This document shows positions 59,797-64,000 of a stretch of DNA of 64,000 nt, piece by piece. The position numbers were made by a program, and so were the translations under genes. This stretch comes from Thermoleophilaceae bacterium (GTDB lineage Bacteria; Actinomycetota; Thermoleophilia; Solirubrobacterales; Thermoleophilaceae): contig JBBDYQ010000004.1 in NCBI GenBank assembly GCA_040901445.1, positions 133,246 to 197,245 of the forward strand, given 5' to 3'. The first letter of the stretch is position 1; each line of letters starts with the position of its first letter. The notes beneath the pieces were generated by a model. That model had not been told where the DNA came from, made no database searches, and saw only the letters and a program-made list of their open reading frames with translations.

Positions 59797-60285
59797 CTAT
59801 GGCACCACCCTGCGCTGCCAGTCCTGAGAATGCGCGTGGCGCTCCCGGACGGCCGCTGGGTTGGTCGCGTCGACGAGGTGGACGAGCAGCACGTCACGCG
59901 CCTCGTCCACGTGGACGACCACCTCGTCGGGGCTCAGGCCGGTGAGCACGCCCCACATCGCGACGTTGACGGGCGAGCGCCCGGCGCGCGGGATCTCCAG
60001 GAGGCCCGGTTCCGTGGCGGCTCCCAGGCAGAAGCGTGCGGTCCGCCAGCTGCCGCGCGTGATCTCGGCGGCCGTCTGCAGCAGGACAACGCCCGCCGCG
60101 CGAAGCCGGGTCGCCGGTGATGCTGCGGCGCGCTGCCCTGAACCATGCCGGTCGCGGGAGCGCAGTGCGAACGCCACAGCCAGGCCGAGCAGGCCGCCGA
60201 TCACGACGTCACCCGGAGCCAGGCTGCTGAGAACGAGCAGGTAGACGGCCGTGAGCCCGGTGGCGCGCAGCACGATCGGCGTCAT
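59797..60285 (-). CDS. mnhE: Mrp/Mnh subunit E
   Basis: ATG 60285 within ORF 59797..60405 overlaps the mnhD stop (ATGA). Size and position fit subunit E. Confidence 0.7.
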   Translation of the reverse strand: MTPIVLRATGLTAVYLLVLSSLAPGDVVIGGLLGLAVAFALRSRDRHGSGQRAAASPATRLRAAGVVLLQTAAEITRGSWRTARFCLGAATEPGLLEIPRAGRSPVNVAMWGVLTGLSPDEVVVHVDEARDVLLVHLVDATNPAAVRERHAHSQDWQRRVVP

Positions 60286-61652
60286 CTGTCCCGTCCGGGC
60301 AGCGCCGCGGCGGCATCCTGGCTGAGGGCGAGCAGCGGCTCGGGCCACAGGCCGGCGGCCAGGACGAGCAGCGCGAGCACCGCGATGAGCGCCTGCTGCG
60401 GCCATCCACTGCGGCCGCCGGTTCGCTCGCCGCGCCAGAAGTCGTACTGGTAGACCTGAAGGACGTAGACGAGGGACAGCGCGCCGCCGAGGAAGAGCAG
60501 GACGATGAGCGCCGGGCTGTCACTCGCGGCGCGGAACATCTCCAGCTTCCCCACGAAGCCCGCGGCGGGCGGCACGCCGGCCACGCTGAGCGCGCCCACA
60601 GCGAACGCCGCCCCCACGAGCGCTCCGCGCATCCCGGCGGTGAGGAACAGCAGGGTCTTGTTGAAGGCGTTGACGACCGTGTAGAGGATGGCGGCGCCGA
60701 ACCCCACCGGTCCTCCCACGCCGATGGCCACCAGGACGTAGCCCACCTGGCCGATGGCGGAGTAGGCGAGCATCTCGCTCGCCGTGCGGCGGGAGACGGC
60801 GAGCACTCCGCCGTACACGATGGACGCGCAGCCGATGACGATCATCGCCGTGGCGGCCAGCTCGAGCTCGCGGGGCAGCAGCTCGCCGCCGAAGCGCAGC
60901 ACGCCGTACACCCCGATGTTTGCCAGCCCGCCGCTGAGGATCGCCGCCACGGCGGGCGGTGTCGCCGTGTACACCGTGGGAAGCCAGAAGTGGAACGGGA
61001 ACAGCCCGAGCTTCACGCTGAAGGCGATGAAGAACCCGACGGCGATGAGGAGCGCCGCGTTGGCCTCGACGCCGTCCATGCGCGCGGCGACCTCCGCCAT
61101 GCTCAGGGTGCCGGTCACGTGGTAGAGGCCCGCCACCGACAGCAGGAACACGAACGTGCCCAGCAGGTTGACCATCGTGAACACGAGCGCCCCGCCCAGC
61201 TCCCGGCGCGCTCCGCCGTAGGTCGCGAGCACGTAGGAGGCGGTCATCGCCAGCTCGAAGAAGACGTAGAAGTTGAACACGTCACCGGTGAGGAACACGC
61301 CCGTCAGCCCGGTGGCCAGCAGCAGGACGAGCCCCGGGAACACGCGCTCGCGCACGCCCTCGAGCACCTCGTGGATCGTCGCGGCCAGCAGCGCCAGGGA
61401 GGACAGCAGCGCGAACAGCACGCCGAGCGCGTCGGCACGGAGTGTGATGCCCACGCCCGCCGGCCAGTCCCCGGTGGTCCCTGCGACCTGCCCGTCCGAC
61501 AGCACGGAGACGGCAAGCACCACGAGCGCCGCCAGGTTGGCTGCAAGCGCGGCCACGGCGAGCCAGCCGACCAGGCGCCGGCGGCCGTCGAGGATCACGA
61601 GCACGATGCCGGCGGCCCACGGGACGACCAGCGAGAGCGCCAGGGCGGTCAC
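60282..61652 (-). CDS. mnhD: Mrp/Mnh subunit D (NuoN/NuoM-like)
   Basis: 456-aa polytopic ORF with a proton-pumping NDH-1 antiporter-like layout (..FHFWLP..). Confidence 0.85.
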   Translation of the reverse strand: MTALALSLVVPWAAGIVLVILDGRRRLVGWLAVAALAANLAALVVLAVSVLSDGQVAGTTGDWPAGVGITLRADALGVLFALLSSLALLAATIHEVLEGVRERVFPGLVLLLATGLTGVFLTGDVFNFYVFFELAMTASYVLATYGGARRELGGALVFTMVNLLGTFVFLLSVAGLYHVTGTLSMAEVAARMDGVEANAALLIAVGFFIAFSVKLGLFPFHFWLPTVYTATPPAVAAILSGGLANIGVYGVLRFGGELLPRELELAATAMIVIGCASIVYGGVLAVSRRTASEMLAYSAIGQVGYVLVAIGVGGPVGFGAAILYTVVNAFNKTLLFLTAGMRGALVGAAFAVGALSVAGVPPAAGFVGKLEMFRAASDSPALIVLLFLGGALSLVYVLQVYQYDFWRGERTGGRSGWPQQALIAVLALLVLAAGLWPEPLLALSQDAAAALPGRDR

Positions 61653-62047
61653 CGAGCCGCCTCCTCCTCGGCCCTGTGCTCGGCCGCATCGTCGCGCTCG
61701 AGCCGCGCCTCGCGCTCGGCCTCTTCGCGGCCCACCTCGTCGAGCTCCTCGGTGCGGTAGGCCAGCACCACGCGGAGGATCAGGACGCTCAGGAGGGCCG
61801 TGACCGCCAGGCCGATGACGATGGCGGTGAGCGCCATCGCCTGGCTGAGCGGGTCGCTGATCTCTCCATCCGGCAGCGGGTAGATCGGCGCGTTACCGCG
61901 GGTGAGGCCGGATGCGATCAGCGTGAGCACGGCCGATTGGGAGATCACGACGACGCCGAGGACCAGGCGCACGAGGTCGCGGTTGAGCAGCAGGTAGGCG
62001 CCCGTCCCGAACAGGATCGACGCGGCCAGAGCGAAGACCAGCCTCAT
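61649..62047 (-). CDS. mnhC: Mrp/Mnh subunit C (NuoK-like) with a charged C-terminal extension
   Basis: LFGTGAYLLLNRDLVRLVLG..; tail EELDEVGREEAEREARLERDD... Confidence 0.8.
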   Translation of the reverse strand: MRLVFALAASILFGTGAYLLLNRDLVRLVLGVVVISQSAVLTLIASGLTRGNAPIYPLPDGEISDPLSQAMALTAIVIGLAVTALLSVLILRVVLAYRTEELDEVGREEAEREARLERDDAAEHRAEEEAAR

Positions 62048-62481
62048 GCGTCGGCGTCCTGGACGAGCCTGGCGAGCTGATGCACGAGCACGACGAGCGT
62101 GCTCGTGACCAGGACGAACAAGCCGACGTCGAAGGCGACCGCCGTGGTCAGCTCGAGCGTGCCGATCTCGATCACGGACTCGCCGGGAGCGGGGAGGTGG
62201 GTGAACGGCGGATCACCGAGCGCGACGGGGAAGAAGCCGGCCGCGAGCGCGACGAGCAGCCCGCACGCCGCGGCCTCGGGCGCGCGCCTGAGGATCGGCA
62301 GCGTGCGCTCGGCGTGCTCATGGCCGAGAGCGATGTAGCGGAGCGAGATGGCCAGGGCCACGATCACGCCGGCGCTGAAGCCGTCGCCCACGTCGGAGTA
62401 GCCCTTCACGATGAGGGCCGCGGCCACCATCAGGGCCGGGCCCAGCAGTCGTGGCGCCACCACCTCGATGATCACGCTCAC
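62044..62481 (-). CDS. mnhB: Mrp/Mnh subunit B
   Basis: GTG 62481 within ORF 62044..63276 overlaps the mnhA stop (GTGA). ..GYSDVGDGFSAGVIVAL... Confidence 0.75.
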   Translation of the reverse strand: MSVIIEVVAPRLLGPALMVAAALIVKGYSDVGDGFSAGVIVALAISLRYIALGHEHAERTLPILRRAPEAAACGLLVALAAGFFPVALGDPPFTHLPAPGESVIEIGTLELTTAVAFDVGLFVLVTSTLVVLVHQLARLVQDADA

Positions 62482-64000
62482 CAGCCCCTTCCGTGGCGAA
62501 GGAGGCTCGCGACGCCGATCACGGCTGTGGCGAGCACGGTGATCTCGACCATCGTGTCCAGGCCGCGGAAGTCGGCCAGGATCACCGTCACCACGTCCCC
62601 CCCGTGCGCGTCCGGTGTTGCCTGCACCTGCTCGGCGGCGTCGCTGGAGGCCACGGTCGGACGCGACAGCGCCGCCCAGATGGTCACGAACGCCGCCACC
62701 CCGGCCACGACCCCGGCGGCGAGATTGCGCCGGGGGTGGCTCCGCCGCCGGGAGTGCGGCGTTCCACGCGCCTCGGAGCGGGGGAGACGCGAGAAGACGC
62801 CGACGAACACGAGCGTGATCACCGTCTCCACGACGACCGCCACGAGCGCCACGTCGGGAGCCCCCACCATCGCGTAGACCGCAGCCAGCGCGAACCCGAG
62901 CACCGACAGCGCAAGCACCGGGCGCAGCCGCCCCGCGTCGCGCGCAGCCGTCAGCGCGGCAGCCACGACGAGCCCGAGGAGCACGACGATCGGCACGTCG
63001 CCGGCGGCCAGGTCTCCGACGTCGTAGGAGCCGCTTGTCGGAGTGGTCAGGAAGGCGGCGGCCACGAGCATGCCTCCGGGGACGAACACGGCCGCGAGGC
63101 TCCGCCGCAGGTCGCGGACCTCCGCATCGTGCACGTAGTCCGAGAACCGGTTCAGCCCGCGCAGCGCGAGGCCGTAGACGCGCCGCGGGCCCATGACGTC
63201 GCCGGCTCGCCCGACGACGTGCACGATCCGGGTGCGAGCTACCGGGAAAAGCAGGGCCAGGGCGCCCAGCGCCCACGCCGCCAGCGCCATCAGGTTCTCC
63301 GCGCGCGCGTCGAGGTGGTAGGCGGGCGACACCTGCACGGCGCCGGCGTGGGTCACGGCGGCGGCGTCCTGCGCCAGTTGTGCGAACGGGTCCACGACGA
63401 CGCCTCCGGCCAGGGCCACGCCCGCAAGGGCCACCACCGGTGCCACCAGCAGGGCCGGGACGCCGTGCGCGGGCGTTCCGAGGGCGCCCGTGAACAGCCC
63501 CAGCCAGAAGCGGCCGATGTAGGCGAACGTCAGCGCCGCCGCGAGCACGGCCATGACCTGCACCGCCGGGTGGGCGTCGAGGGCGGCGGCGAAGAACAGC
63601 TCGTCCTTGAAGAACCCCAGGGTGAGCGGGAGCGCCGCCAGCGTGGCGGCGGCCAGGCCGCTGGCCACCGCCAGGGTTGGCATCTGCCGGCCGAGCCCGC
63701 CGAGTTGCGACAGCCGCGACTCCCCCGTGGCCGTGGTCACGGCGCCGGCCGTCATGAACAGCGCGCTCTTCGCGATCGCGTGGGTGACCACGTACAGCGC
63801 GGCCGCCCCGGCGGCCTTCGCCCCACCGATTCCGTAGAGCGCCACCACGTAGCCGTACTGGGAGATGGTGGAGTGCGCGAGTATCTGCTTGAGATCGTCC
63901 TGTGCCAGCGCGAGGGCGCCGCCCACGACGATCGAGGCGAGGCCCACGATGAGCAGCCCGTCGAGCACCACGTCGCTCTGGGCCAGCAGCGGGTGCACCC
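62478..64000 (-). CDS. mnhA: Mrp/Mnh subunit A (NuoL-like), 5' end outside the window
   Basis: ORF 62478..63998 is open to the window edge. ..LKQILAHSTISQYGYV.. plus a C-terminal MbhB-like segment. Confidence 0.85.
   Translation of the reverse strand, partial: VHPLLAQSDVVLDGLLIVGLASIVVGGALALAQDDLKQILAHSTISQYGYVVALYGIGGAKAAGAAALYVVTHAIAKSALFMTAGAVTTATGESRLSQLGGLGRQMPTLAVASGLAAATLAALPLTLGFFKDELFFAAALDAHPAVQVMAVLAAALTFAYIGRFWLGLFTGALGTPAHGVPALLVAPVVALAGVALAGGVVVDPFAQLAQDAAAVTHAGAVQVSPAYHLDARAENLMALAAWALGALALLFPVARTRIVHVVGRAGDVMGPRRVYGLALRGLNRFSDYVHDAEVRDLRRSLAAVFVPGGMLVAAAFLTTPTSGSYDVGDLAAGDVPIVVLLGLVVAAALTAARDAGRLRPVLALSVLGFALAAVYAMVGAPDVALVAVVVETVITLVFVGVFSRLPRSEARGTPHSRRRSHPRRNLAAGVVAGVAAFVTIWAALSRPTVASSDAAEQVQATPDAHGGDVVTVILADFRGLDTMVEITVLATAVIGVASLLRHGRGW

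Overview
Very GC-rich (roughly 70% or more by eye) actinobacterial-type chromosomal DNA. The repeat-rich secreted proteins suggest a Thermoleophilia/Conexibacter-like organism, but that is only an impression. The window is densely coding and mostly housekeeping. It carries heme A/O synthesis and aa3 cytochrome oxidase genes (ctaB, ctaA, ctaD, ctaC), gdhA, glyA behind a ZTP riboswitch, trxB, pdxH, acnA plus a second aconitase-family gene, two beta-oxidation clusters, a TetR regulator, a complete Mrp/Mnh antiporter operon (mnhA runs off the right edge), tRNA-Pro and tRNA-Arg. I saw no CRISPR array, transposase, integrase or obvious phage or defence genes. Many long alternate-frame ORFs in the track are GC artefacts. 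The most unusual region is 5.7-11.2 kb. There, two paralogous divergent pairs of unassignable small genes bracket a Usp / histidine kinase / NarL-type regulator cassette in mirror symmetry. An 11-mer (CACCCATTCCC) sits 30-31 nt upstream of the start codons of four genes, including a GreA homologue and a small ORF translationally coupled to gdhA; a fifth copy sits 21 nt upstream. Other second-look items: a perfect 54-nt AT-rich palindrome between ctaB and tag; a two-copy REP-like hairpin; roughly 30-nt inverted repeats with LexA-box-like cores flanking a cation/proton antiporter next to tRNA-Pro; an apparent frameshift inside an SCP2 / R2-like oxidase gene; a sigma-region-4 / zinc anti-sigma fusion lacking region 2; and a 1005-aa RTX-like secreted protein with a Pro18 tract beside a LAL-type regulator. 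All calls come from reading the sequence and the translations. No searches were run.
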